Positions 29,361 through 38,941 of a stretch of 64,000 nucleotides of DNA are shown in pieces. Positions within the stretch are counted from its first letter, which is position 1, and the number at the start of each line of letters is the position of its first letter. The translations under genes were made by a program, and so were the position numbers. The stretch lies in NCBI GenBank assembly GCA_016839945.1, contig JAEOTE010000025.1, forward strand, positions 1 through 64,000, read 5' to 3'. The DNA comes from Candidatus Heimdallarchaeota archaeon. Its GTDB lineage: Archaea; Asgardarchaeota; Heimdallarchaeia; Heimdallarchaeales; Heimdallarchaeaceae. The notes beneath the pieces are model-generated. The model did not search any database. It saw only the letters and a list, made by a program, of their open reading frames with translations, and had not been told where the DNA came from.

Positions 29361-31028
29361 ATGAAATTTGATTATTCATATGATTTAGTTATAGTAGGCT
29401 CAGGTGGAGGAGGGATGACTGCCTCTCTTGTTGCTAAACAAGCTGGATTGGATGTATTATTAATAGAAAAGACAGAATACTATGGTGGATCAACAGCTCT
29501 TTCTGGTGGAGGGATGTGGGTTCCAAATAATTTCTTACTAGAGAAAGCAGGTGTAGAAGATTCCTATGAAAAAGCTAAGGAATATTTGAGCAACACAGTG
29601 GGAGATAGAGTCCCCACAGAAAACCAAGAAGCCTTTCTAAAAGAAGCACCAGAAATGATTGGATGGTTAAGAAATAACGCAAATATGAAATTCTTATATG
29701 TTCATGGATATTCTGATTATCACCCTGATAGACCAGGGGGATTAGCTGCTGGTAGAGGACTAGAATCAAAACCATTTAATGGTCGTAAATTAAAAAACGA
29801 CTTTCAATATTTGCGTCCTCCATCAATTGAAGCACCTTTCGGTATTGCTTTCACAATTTCTGAATATCATGATTTGGGGATGATAACATCAACCTGGAGG
29901 GGAAAATACGTTGCACTCAAAACTGGAATTAAAACAATATTTAACTTAATATTTGGTATTAAATACTTAACTTTAGGTCGAGCTCTAATTGCTAGACTCC
30001 GTTATGCAATGAAGAAACATAATATCCCTTTATGGTTGGAAGTTCCTTTCAAGGAATTAATTGTAGAGAATAAAAAAATAGTAGGTGTAATAGCTGAAAA
30101 AGAAAATAAGGAAATTCGAATTGAAGCTAAAAAAGGAGTTCTACTAGCAGCAGGAGGATTTCCTTTCAACTTGGAAATGAGAAAAGAGTATCAACCACAA
30201 CCAACCTCTATTGAATGGTCTTCAGCATGTCCTGGAAATACTGGTGATGCAATTTTAGCAGGTATTAAGATTGGTGCTGATATTGATTTGATGGATGATG
30301 CTTGGTGGGGTCCTTCTTCATTACCTCCAGAAGAACCTGTCTTCTTTCACGTTGGAGAAAGAGGTTATCCAGGAGGAATTATGGTTAATAAAGATGGAAA
30401 ACGTTTTACAAATGAAGCTGCTAGCTATGTTGTTGTAGTTCACGAAATATATGAAAAACATTCTGAAGAAAATCCCCACATCCCTTGCTATTTCATATTT
30501 GATCAGAGATTTAAGAACAAATATATGTTCGGTATAGCCTTTCCTAGAATGAAATTTCCACAGAAATATTATGATACTAGCTATATGAATAAAGCTGAAA
30601 CTATAGCTCAACTTGCAAAAAAAATTGGTGTAAATGCAAAGAAACTGGAAGAAACCATTAATCAATATAATGAGTTTGCATTAAATGGAAAGGATCTAGA
30701 TTTTGGTAAAGGAGATAATGCTTATGATAATTTCTACGGTGATCCTAAGGTTAAACCAAATCCGAATTTAGCTCCACTAAAAAAACCTCCTTATTATGCT
30801 GTTGAATTTTATCCTGGTGACTTAGGAACTAAGGGTGGACTTGTAACTAATGAATATGCACAAGTTTTAAGGAAAAACGGTAGTATTATAGATGGCTTAT
30901 ACGCTACTGGAAATACTATGGCTTCTGTTATGGGTAACACGTATCCTGGACCAGGTTCACCAGTATGTTCAACAATGACATTTGGATATGTTGCTGCAAA
31001 GCATATAATTGAAAAGAAACAAAAATAA
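29361..31028 (+). CDS. kstD: 3-ketosteroid-delta1-dehydrogenase-like flavoprotein
   Basis: GSGGGG FAD site, GGSTALSGGG.W, YSDY, RF.NE..SY, GDLGTKGG, YPGPG, MTFGY. Confidence 0.78.
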   Translation: MKFDYSYDLVIVGSGGGGMTASLVAKQAGLDVLLIEKTEYYGGSTALSGGGMWVPNNFLLEKAGVEDSYEKAKEYLSNTVGDRVPTENQEAFLKEAPEMIGWLRNNANMKFLYVHGYSDYHPDRPGGLAAGRGLESKPFNGRKLKNDFQYLRPPSIEAPFGIAFTISEYHDLGMITSTWRGKYVALKTGIKTIFNLIFGIKYLTLGRALIARLRYAMKKHNIPLWLEVPFKELIVENKKIVGVIAEKENKEIRIEAKKGVLLAAGGFPFNLEMRKEYQPQPTSIEWSSACPGNTGDAILAGIKIGADIDLMDDAWWGPSSLPPEEPVFFHVGERGYPGGIMVNKDGKRFTNEAASYVVVVHEIYEKHSEENPHIPCYFIFDQRFKNKYMFGIAFPRMKFPQKYYDTSYMNKAETIAQLAKKIGVNAKKLEETINQYNEFALNGKDLDFGKGDNAYDNFYGDPKVKPNPNLAPLKKPPYYAVEFYPGDLGTKGGLVTNEYAQVLRKNGSIIDGLYATGNTMASVMGNTYPGPGSPVCSTMTFGYVAAKHIIEKKQK

Positions 31029-31042
31029 ATTAGAAAGAGAAA

Positions 31043-31453
31043 TCAAGAAAATCTCTTATCTATTTCTTTTATAACATCCTTCATTATTTCATTTACTTCA
31101 TCTGCTAATATGCTTACTTCTTTACTTTTTACAATACTCATAGCTTCTTTTGGTTTCATTGCAGAAACCACAATATTGTTTTTTTCATTTTCATAGATAA
31201 TAACATTACAAGGCAAGAGCGCACCCATTTCGGGAACTAGTACGATAGCTTTATGAGCAAAGGGTGGGTTGCATGCACCAAGAATTTTGTATGGACGAAT
31301 TTCAGCATCGATTTTCTTTTTCAACGTTTCTTTTGCATCTATTTCAGTTAAAATCCCAAAACCATGATCTGCTAAAATTTCTCTAGTAGCTTCTTCAACT
31401 TCTTTGAATCTATCAGCATCAATTTCCAATTCAGTAGAAATCACAATAGACAT
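31043..31453 (-). CDS. DUF302 family protein
   Basis: GFGILTEID, Y.ILGACNP, LLPCNV. Confidence 0.9.
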   Translation of the reverse strand: MSIVISTELEIDADRFKEVEEATREILADHGFGILTEIDAKETLKKKIDAEIRPYKILGACNPPFAHKAIVLVPEMGALLPCNVIIYENEKNNIVVSAMKPKEAMSIVKSKEVSILADEVNEIMKDVIKEIDKRFS

Positions 31454-31564
31454 AATTATCCACTAGATTAATAACAAATAAATCTTTACCTCTACAAGAT
31501 TTTTATTCTAAAGCTTCTGGAACTTTTTTCTTAACATATTCCATGGGTTATATAGCTTCTTCTC

Positions 31565-32941
31565 TCATCCTTTTTCTATAGTACTTTCATTCTTCATTTT
31601 AGCTGAGGTTTTTATTAAGTCGAAGAAGGGATCATAATTTCCTATAATAATTGTAGGTATTGAAAGTAAGAAGAAAACTGCAACAATTGGTCCCAACCAT
31701 TGCAATCCCCAATAAGAAGCACCTGGTTCAGGATTATAAATGAGTGGAACTAGTAGATAAGCAGTGGCTTGAAAAATGTTAAGTGGAATTGAATTAAATC
31801 CTGTATACATTCCAGCACGAGATTCTTTAGTGATTCTTTCATCTTCATCTGCTAGATCTCCTATAATTGCATTAGGGAATAGATATGTTGTTGATAAGCC
31901 AAAACCAAGTAGTAAACCAAATACCCATGTTTCAACATAGTCAGGGATCACAGGTATTTTACCTAAGACTAGAGTCAGCGGTAGAATTAGTATTAGACAC
32001 CCATAGCTAATTAACAGTCCAATTCTTTTTCCTATTCTTTTAGACATTTTCTCCCAGAATATGAAACTTAACATAGTTGTACCAAACATAGCTACAGCAA
32101 ATATAGCAAAATCCCTCATACCCGTAAGACCTAGGAAACTTATAAGATCAAATGTAAGAGCCGTTAGTATTGTCAAACCCATAGAGTAAATTCCTTGAGT
32201 TATAAACCAAAGAACATAATTTTTGTTTGTTAAAACTACTTTGAATTCTCTTAGAATATCTCTTTCCTTTCTTTCAACAGGTTCTTCTTTTACGCTTAAT
32301 AATACTGGAAGGAATGCCAGAACTTCGATAAGCGCAAAAATAATTACTGCTACTAAAAGAATAATACCTAAACGTCCTAAAATAGCCGTGGGACCAACAT
32401 TTTTTATTTCTTCATCAAGCATTCCTGTAAAAATAAAAGCAAAGGCTAATCCCCCAATTGTAGCAAATAGATTAGTAGTGTTTTGAATAGCTGACATACC
32501 TACCCTATCGTCCTCTGTAGTTACTTCAGGCATCCAAGCTTGATAAGGAGTAGTTAAATATCCATAAAAAAGGTTAAACAATGCATACCAAACTAGAAGC
32601 CAAATAAAAACTAGAATTTCCTTATCTAGAGGAATGAAATAATGAGGGATGAATAACATTACAAAGGATACTGCTAGAATTGGAGCACCTGTCCAAACAA
32701 AAAACTTCCTTCTCCCCCATTTAGGATTTTTAATTATATCAGAGAGATAACCAAAGATGAATCCTGAGAACGCTATTACAATTTTACCTACTGCGTTTCC
32801 AATTGCATTAAGTGTATAATCTAGTTGAAAAGCTGAACCATAAACGTAGACTGTAGCAATTGTAACTACTTGCATGAATATAGCTGTTCCAAATTTCCCA
32901 ACACCAAAAAATATCCTTTGACGACGAGTGAGTTTATGCAT
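31565..32941 (-). CDS. MFS transporter, GPH family
   Basis: GYLSD..WGRRK, 12 TM; paralogue of 19908-21257. Confidence 0.88.
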   Translation of the reverse strand: MHKLTRRQRIFFGVGKFGTAIFMQVVTIATVYVYGSAFQLDYTLNAIGNAVGKIVIAFSGFIFGYLSDIIKNPKWGRRKFFVWTGAPILAVSFVMLFIPHYFIPLDKEILVFIWLLVWYALFNLFYGYLTTPYQAWMPEVTTEDDRVGMSAIQNTTNLFATIGGLAFAFIFTGMLDEEIKNVGPTAILGRLGIILLVAVIIFALIEVLAFLPVLLSVKEEPVERKERDILREFKVVLTNKNYVLWFITQGIYSMGLTILTALTFDLISFLGLTGMRDFAIFAVAMFGTTMLSFIFWEKMSKRIGKRIGLLISYGCLILILPLTLVLGKIPVIPDYVETWVFGLLLGFGLSTTYLFPNAIIGDLADEDERITKESRAGMYTGFNSIPLNIFQATAYLLVPLIYNPEPGASYWGLQWLGPIVAVFFLLSIPTIIIGNYDPFFDLIKTSAKMKNESTIEKG

Positions 32942-33027
32942 ACTATCACATAACTGTAATCGTTTTATAACTGGATAAAAGAAAAATGCAATTATAAAAA
33001 AATTACGGGAAAAATGAGGAAATGGTT

Positions 33028-34026
33028 TTATCTCATTTTGTCCTCATAATAATAATTCGGTTTGTATGTTAATGGCCATTCTGGTTCGTTATCTAAGACT
33101 TTCTCAATTTCGCTTAGGACATCTTCTGATAATTCTACATCAGATGCTTTAACATTTTCTTCTACATGCTCTGGTTTTGTTGCCCCTATTATTGCAGCAG
33201 ATATTTCAGGTCTGCGAAGTATCCAAGCAAGCGCTAATTGACTCACAGTGATATCAAGTGATTTAGCTATTTCACCAAGTTTCTTAACTTTAGTAATGTT
33301 TTCTTCCGTAATGTTCTTCTTTAGGAACGCTGATTGATCAGCTCTACTACCTTCAGGAATACCTTCGTTATATTTGCCTGTTAGCAATCCTTGAGCAAGA
33401 GGCGACCAAACTGTAAAACCCATTCCATGAGTTTTTGCTACTGGCATAATTTCTAATTCAATATGCCTAACAAACATGTTGTACAATGGTTGTTCAACTA
33501 TTGGTTTATGAGCACGAATATCTTTTGCAATAGCATTTGCCCTTTCTAATTGTGCAGCAGTCCAAACAGAAGTCCCCCAATACCTTATTTTACCATCTCT
33601 TATAGTCTCGTCTAATACTTCTACAGTTTCTCTTAGAGGAGTCATATAATCATATCTATGCATATAATAGATGTCAATGTAATCCATATTTAATCTCTCA
33701 AGTGTTCCCTCAATTGCATTCAGAATGTTCTTTCGACCAAGACCCCAAGCATTTATGTTCTCAGACATTGGCCAGAAGACTTTGCTTGATATAACAAGAT
33801 CTTTTCTATTATATGTTTCATCAGAAAGGAAATCAGCTATGACTTTTTCAGCTCCTCCTTTCGCATATATTTCTGCCGAATCAATAAAATTAATCCCGTT
33901 TTCTATAGCAGCTTCCATACATTTCTTTGCCATCTCATCTTCAACTGATCCTCCATACGTTAACCAAGATCCGAGAGATATTTCACTGATTTTTAATCCA
34001 GATTTTCCTACTTTTCTATATTTCAA
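33028..34026 (-). CDS. aldo/keto reductase (Kv-beta-like)
   Basis: GLKISEISLGSW, D.AE.Y, WSPLAQGLLTGKY. Confidence 0.93.
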   Translation of the reverse strand: MKYRKVGKSGLKISEISLGSWLTYGGSVEDEMAKKCMEAAIENGINFIDSAEIYAKGGAEKVIADFLSDETYNRKDLVISSKVFWPMSENINAWGLGRKNILNAIEGTLERLNMDYIDIYYMHRYDYMTPLRETVEVLDETIRDGKIRYWGTSVWTAAQLERANAIAKDIRAHKPIVEQPLYNMFVRHIELEIMPVAKTHGMGFTVWSPLAQGLLTGKYNEGIPEGSRADQSAFLKKNITEENITKVKKLGEIAKSLDITVSQLALAWILRRPEISAAIIGATKPEHVEENVKASDVELSEDVLSEIEKVLDNEPEWPLTYKPNYYYEDKMR

Positions 34027-34147
34027 TTCGATTCCTCCAAATCAAAATTAAGATTATTCTCAAGAAATAAAAAAAAACCTCTGTAATAAATTATGTGGAT
34101 TAACAAGAAGTATCTGGAATTGATTCCAAACGTTAATTATAATTGAA

Positions 34148-35938
34148 TTATACAAAAACGATTTCTCTGAAATGATTTAATTCATCTTTGGTCATTCTAT
34201 TTGGGTATTTAAATTTCTTAATGTAGTTTCTGAATTTCTGGTTCATTACATCAATTCGAACTAAATGCTTTGTACTTTCTTCTGGAAATATAACAGTAAT
34301 CAGATAATATTGTTTTCCCTTTAATCTAGGATCACTTGGTTCATCATCCTTTCCCCAGAATGAAAAAATAATGACATTATGGTTTTCTAATGAGGGTGCA
34401 GGAAGAGGACCATATACACCTACTTCATATCTTTGTCCTTGTCCTATTGACACATAACTAAATCCAATAAAAACCTCCAGATTTACATCCAAACCTCTGA
34501 AATCCGCTTTAACTAACTCTCCACCTTCTACACCAAAACGGAAAAATCCAACACCCACATTATCTGAGTAAGCTATCTTTCTTTTTTCTGTAACGTAATC
34601 CAAAATCTTCTTAGTTCCGATTAATTTCACGCCTTTTCTATATTTAGGAATTATAATGTAAGTTAGTAAATAAAAGATTAAAATTAAAAAAAGCGCAAGA
34701 GTAACTGTAATTATTGGAATGAGATAACTCCTCTCAGCTTCTGGAGGTTTAGCTGGTTCTGACAGAGGATACTTGTCATATAAACCAACAGTGCCCTCTA
34801 TTACATAAACTTCAGCCCCATGCAAATTGTCCCAAAAGTTCCCTTCTTCACTTTCTTCATCAAACCATGTGTTTTTTACTCCAGATTTTTGATATGCTTG
34901 ACTTACTCCCCCTTCATTGTTTCCAATGAAATTGTTATGATGTACTTGATTTTCTGAAGAATAATTAAAATAAATACCATATGCCGTGTTGTTGATTAAA
35001 TTATTGTAAGTAAATAGATTATGATCAGATAGGTATATCAAAATCCCACTACCAATTTGCTTTGTAATAGTGTTGTTAAAAATAAAACAATCCTCACTAT
35101 AGTTCATGAGTATACCATATTTATTCTCTGAAATGGTGTTAGTTTTCAAACTAATAGACGTTGATTCTTCAATTATTACTCCATTCCCTATATTCTTAGA
35201 GATAATATTTCCTGAAACTGTTGCAGATAGAATATTAAAAATATAAATTCCCTTAACATTGTGAATCACATGATTGGAAGTTACATTAAAATTTCTAGAA
35301 AAAGAGGCTTCTATTCCTATTTCATTATCAGAACAATAATTATTCTCTAAGATTGTGTTATCACAAAATCTTACTAATATACCTCTTAACTGATTGTTTG
35401 TACAATTATTACTCTCTAGATAAATATTATCTGATGTCACACAATAAATTCCATATTTGTTATAATGTAGCTCATTATTTGATATGAATGCTCCTGGGAC
35501 ATCCCATAAGTCAATTCCAGTTGAGTAATGGTTAACACATGTATTGTTTATCACTTGAGCAGTTCCTTCTGAAATCCAAGAGATCCATATGCCAAAATCT
35601 AATGCATCTATGAAGCAGTTTCTTATGATAAAGAATTTAGTTGTTGCACTGATATTTATCCCACACGCATCTACATCTGAAGTGATATTATAATCCTCTA
35701 TTATGTATGGATCATTAAAAGATCCTGAACCTGGGAATGCTGTGAAATTACTATCATCATCAATATGAATTGGGGCATGTGGAATCAAATTATTAACTAA
35801 GTATATTTCACTTAGTATATCTTCTTTTAAGGATAAACCAATATCAAAGTTGAGCAGAAAGGAAGTAACAAGAAGTAAGAAGAGAAATATAACAACCATT
35901 GCTTTTCTATTCTTACTAGTCTTGAGCGTCATTTTCAT
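34148..35938 (-). CDS. membrane protein: NosD-type parallel beta-helix ectodomain, TM helix, cytoplasmic domain
   Basis: Signal peptide, Asn-rich N...GI repeats, GNFW, TM at about aa 407-430, cytoplasmic domain of about 150 aa. Confidence 0.85.
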   Translation of the reverse strand: MKMTLKTSKNRKAMVVIFLFLLLVTSFLLNFDIGLSLKEDILSEIYLVNNLIPHAPIHIDDDSNFTAFPGSGSFNDPYIIEDYNITSDVDACGINISATTKFFIIRNCFIDALDFGIWISWISEGTAQVINNTCVNHYSTGIDLWDVPGAFISNNELHYNKYGIYCVTSDNIYLESNNCTNNQLRGILVRFCDNTILENNYCSDNEIGIEASFSRNFNVTSNHVIHNVKGIYIFNILSATVSGNIISKNIGNGVIIEESTSISLKTNTISENKYGILMNYSEDCFIFNNTITKQIGSGILIYLSDHNLFTYNNLINNTAYGIYFNYSSENQVHHNNFIGNNEGGVSQAYQKSGVKNTWFDEESEEGNFWDNLHGAEVYVIEGTVGLYDKYPLSEPAKPPEAERSYLIPIITVTLALFLILIFYLLTYIIIPKYRKGVKLIGTKKILDYVTEKRKIAYSDNVGVGFFRFGVEGGELVKADFRGLDVNLEVFIGFSYVSIGQGQRYEVGVYGPLPAPSLENHNVIIFSFWGKDDEPSDPRLKGKQYYLITVIFPEESTKHLVRIDVMNQKFRNYIKKFKYPNRMTKDELNHFREIVFV

Positions 35939-36082
35939 TTTATAATTGATATTACTAGATATATTTCTTAAATACTCTGTGATGGTTCTGTCATAATAAA
36001 CTTCAAACTTTATAGGACAAAAAAATCCATAGGCAAAAACTCTTATTCCTGTTTTAGTTTTTTTGAACGAGGTTTATAAAAA

Positions 36083-37255
36083 ATGATACATGATGATAAT
36101 GTTCTCAAATATTTTGAATCTCAAAAGGCTCCTTTACCAATGAATTTCATAGCTCAAGGTGTACTGCAAATGGATACTATAATAGCAGCAATCAACCCTA
36201 GAGCCACTGAAGAAGTCATACGAGGAGTTCTTCGAGCCGCAAAAAAATCTCTTTCAGTAGTTATTTTTGAGTTAGCACTAAGTGAGATGTCAATTTCTGG
36301 AGGTTATACAGGTTATACTCCAGCTAAATTTGCAGAAACTTGCATATCAGCTGCTGAAAAAGAGAAATGGTTTGCTTATGCACTTCATGCAGATCATCTT
36401 ACTGTTAAAAAAGGAACAGATGAAGAAATGGATGTTGTCAAGAAGGAAATTGCAGCTCGTGTTGATGCAGGATTTTCTGGTTATGCTATTGATACTTCAT
36501 TCTTATTTAATCGTGAAGAAGATACAGTTCAAGGTCAATTGAAAGAAATAATCTCAAAAGGATTGATTCTTTTTGACTTTCTCAAAAACAAACTTGGTGA
36601 TACCCCCTATGGTTTAGAAGGTGAAGTTGGCGAAATAGGTATAACAGAATTTACAACTGTAGAAGAAGCAATATATTATGTTAAAACACTTGCAGAAAAT
36701 GGTGTTGACATTGATTATCTAGCAATAGCTAATGGTTCTAAACATGGAGTAAATGTTGATGCTGATGGAAATGTTGTACCACAACTTGGTATTAATGTAA
36801 AAAGAACAGTTGAAATAGTGAATTCTTTACAAGGGATAGGGATTAACACACGTATAGCTCAACACGGTATTACTGGAACACCAGTTAATGTAATAGCTTC
36901 AACCTTCCCACATGGAAGTATAGCTAAAGGTAATATTGGAACACATTGGCAAAGATTAGTCTACTCCATTTTAAAAGAATGTGAACCTGATCTTTATGCA
37001 AAAATGAGAAACTGGGTGTTAGGTAAATATGAAGAACCTGGTGTAGATGAACATAAAATATTCGCTAAGAGTTCTAAATTTGCTTGGAAAGAATTCTTTG
37101 ATGAAGTTAAACAAATTAGCTCAGAAGCGAAGAAAAAAATCTTATTAAAAGCTGAACAAGACATGACTGATTTCATTCAAGCTTTGAAGATGGAAAATAC
37201 TGCAGTATCTTGTTACAAATATATGAAGGAAAATAATCTTATAAATACATATTAG
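36083..37255 (+). CDS. fba: class II fructose-bisphosphate aldolase
   Basis: LHADH, EGEVGEIG, LAIANGSKHG, AQHG.TG, K.NIGT. Confidence 0.88.
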   Translation: MIHDDNVLKYFESQKAPLPMNFIAQGVLQMDTIIAAINPRATEEVIRGVLRAAKKSLSVVIFELALSEMSISGGYTGYTPAKFAETCISAAEKEKWFAYALHADHLTVKKGTDEEMDVVKKEIAARVDAGFSGYAIDTSFLFNREEDTVQGQLKEIISKGLILFDFLKNKLGDTPYGLEGEVGEIGITEFTTVEEAIYYVKTLAENGVDIDYLAIANGSKHGVNVDADGNVVPQLGINVKRTVEIVNSLQGIGINTRIAQHGITGTPVNVIASTFPHGSIAKGNIGTHWQRLVYSILKECEPDLYAKMRNWVLGKYEEPGVDEHKIFAKSSKFAWKEFFDEVKQISSEAKKKILLKAEQDMTDFIQALKMENTAVSCYKYMKENNLINTY

Positions 37256-37257
37256 GA

Positions 37258-38178
37258 TTGATGTCTATGAGTAATTCAACCTATCCTACACTTGATGCAT
37301 ATTTGGATGCAGTTAAGCCAAAAGAGTTAAGTGACCTTCTACGTGAATTGATCAATATCAGTTTGATAGTCCCAGAACAGATTTTAACATTCATGATAGG
37401 TGAAAATGATTATTCGGGAATAATTAATGTTTCAGGTGATGAACAGTTAAGTCTAGATATAGCAACTCATGAACTATTCCTACAAAAAATGCCAAATCAC
37501 CTATATGCAATGTTGCTAGGAGAAGAAACTGATGAAAATAATATACTTGAAGGTACTGGGAATTTTATCATTATTGGAGATTTTATTGATGGTTCATCCA
37601 TTGTAAGAAGTAGAGGTCCTGGAGCAATTGTACATATAATAGATAAGGAAGGCAAAACTGAAGCTGCTTTTACGGTTAGTTTTACATTATTTTTGCGTTT
37701 CGATTTGGCAACAGAAGCTGGGTATATACAGTTTGTACATGATGGGAAAGATTTCCGTGTCTTAAAGGATTCTTTATCGATCAGTCCAAACAAAAGTCCT
37801 GTATATGGTTTTGGTGGAAAGCGTACACACTATTCCGAAAAGCAAAAAGAATTTGTTGATGTTATTGATACAAAAGGAAAAATCAGATATGGAGGATGTA
37901 TGGTTCAAGATATGAATAATGTTCTAGACAAAACAGGTATTTTTGGGTACTTTGCTCCTAAACTTCGTTTTGTTTATGAAATAATTCCATATCTATACCT
38001 TCTATCAAAAGTAGATGGTGATGGATTCTTTATTACTCCTGCTGGACAAGAAATCAAATATGAAGATATCAAACCATTGGATGTTACAAAGCTAACAGAT
38101 ATGAATTATCTTCACCAAAGAGCAGGATTTGTTGGGGGATCCAAGGATCTTGTAAATATCTGGTTTGACATAGAATAG
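37258..38178 (+). CDS. fbp: class I fructose-1,6-bisphosphatase-like protein
   Basis: N.SGDEQ..LD, GEE, DFIDGSS (cf. DPLDGSS), RYGGCMVQD, KLRFVYE..P; directly follows the aldolase. Confidence 0.78.
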   Translation: MMSMSNSTYPTLDAYLDAVKPKELSDLLRELINISLIVPEQILTFMIGENDYSGIINVSGDEQLSLDIATHELFLQKMPNHLYAMLLGEETDENNILEGTGNFIIIGDFIDGSSIVRSRGPGAIVHIIDKEGKTEAAFTVSFTLFLRFDLATEAGYIQFVHDGKDFRVLKDSLSISPNKSPVYGFGGKRTHYSEKQKEFVDVIDTKGKIRYGGCMVQDMNNVLDKTGIFGYFAPKLRFVYEIIPYLYLLSKVDGDGFFITPAGQEIKYEDIKPLDVTKLTDMNYLHQRAGFVGGSKDLVNIWFDIE

Positions 38179-38181
38179 AAT

Positions 38182-38928
38182 TTAATTATCCTCGGAGTCA
38201 TCTTCTCTCTTTTTTTCTTTTTCTTGTTTAAAAAACAGATTATCTATTTCATCATATTTTTTATCTATTTCTTTCATTTCATCTTCTATGGTTTCTTCAA
38301 GAATTGATATTTGATCATCTATGTTTTCCATTTCTTCTTTCATGTCTTCCTCTAATTTCTTTATTTCCTTAGAAATTTCTTCAGCTTCTTCTTCCATTGA
38401 TTCTTCAAGAACTTCAATTTCTTCACTTGATACTTCTTCTATTGTTTCTTCCATAACTCTCTCAATTTTTTCCATATCTGATTCAATTTTACTCTCTTTT
38501 TCCTTATCATTTATTTTGTCTCTCTCTTCTAACCTGTGATCTTTCTCGTCTACTAGTTTGAGAACAAAATTCAATACTTTATCAAAAAGAGGTTGAAAAA
38601 CCGCTACATTAAAATCTTGATGATGAACGCATAATTTATCGATCATTACTCTTTCTTGTTCAAAGTCATAAATTAAAGGATAAAAACGGCAGCCTTGTGG
38701 TCTATTTTCATAGATAGAACACATTTTTTCTTTTAAGAAAAAACACTTATTATCAACATTTTGTAGAGCTAGAAATCCATCTTTCTCCTCTAAGAAGTTT
38801 TCTGCACTAAAACCTAGTTTTTCAATTCTTGATACATCCATGTTTGAAAGAAACATCTCTGTTTCTAGGCAACAATGAAAACAATCTTCTATAAAGGGGC
38901 AATAAAATTCTGGAAGCGGGGTAAACAT
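38182..38928 (-). CDS. YkgJ-family cysteine cluster protein with acidic coiled-coil tail
   Basis: C...CFHCC, CFFL...CSIYENRP.GCRFYP. Confidence 0.85.
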   Translation of the reverse strand: MFTPLPEFYCPFIEDCFHCCLETEMFLSNMDVSRIEKLGFSAENFLEEKDGFLALQNVDNKCFFLKEKMCSIYENRPQGCRFYPLIYDFEQERVMIDKLCVHHQDFNVAVFQPLFDKVLNFVLKLVDEKDHRLEERDKINDKEKESKIESDMEKIERVMEETIEEVSSEEIEVLEESMEEEAEEISKEIKKLEEDMKEEMENIDDQISILEETIEDEMKEIDKKYDEIDNLFFKQEKEKKREDDSEDN

Positions 38929-38941
38929 TTTGATTCTCCTT

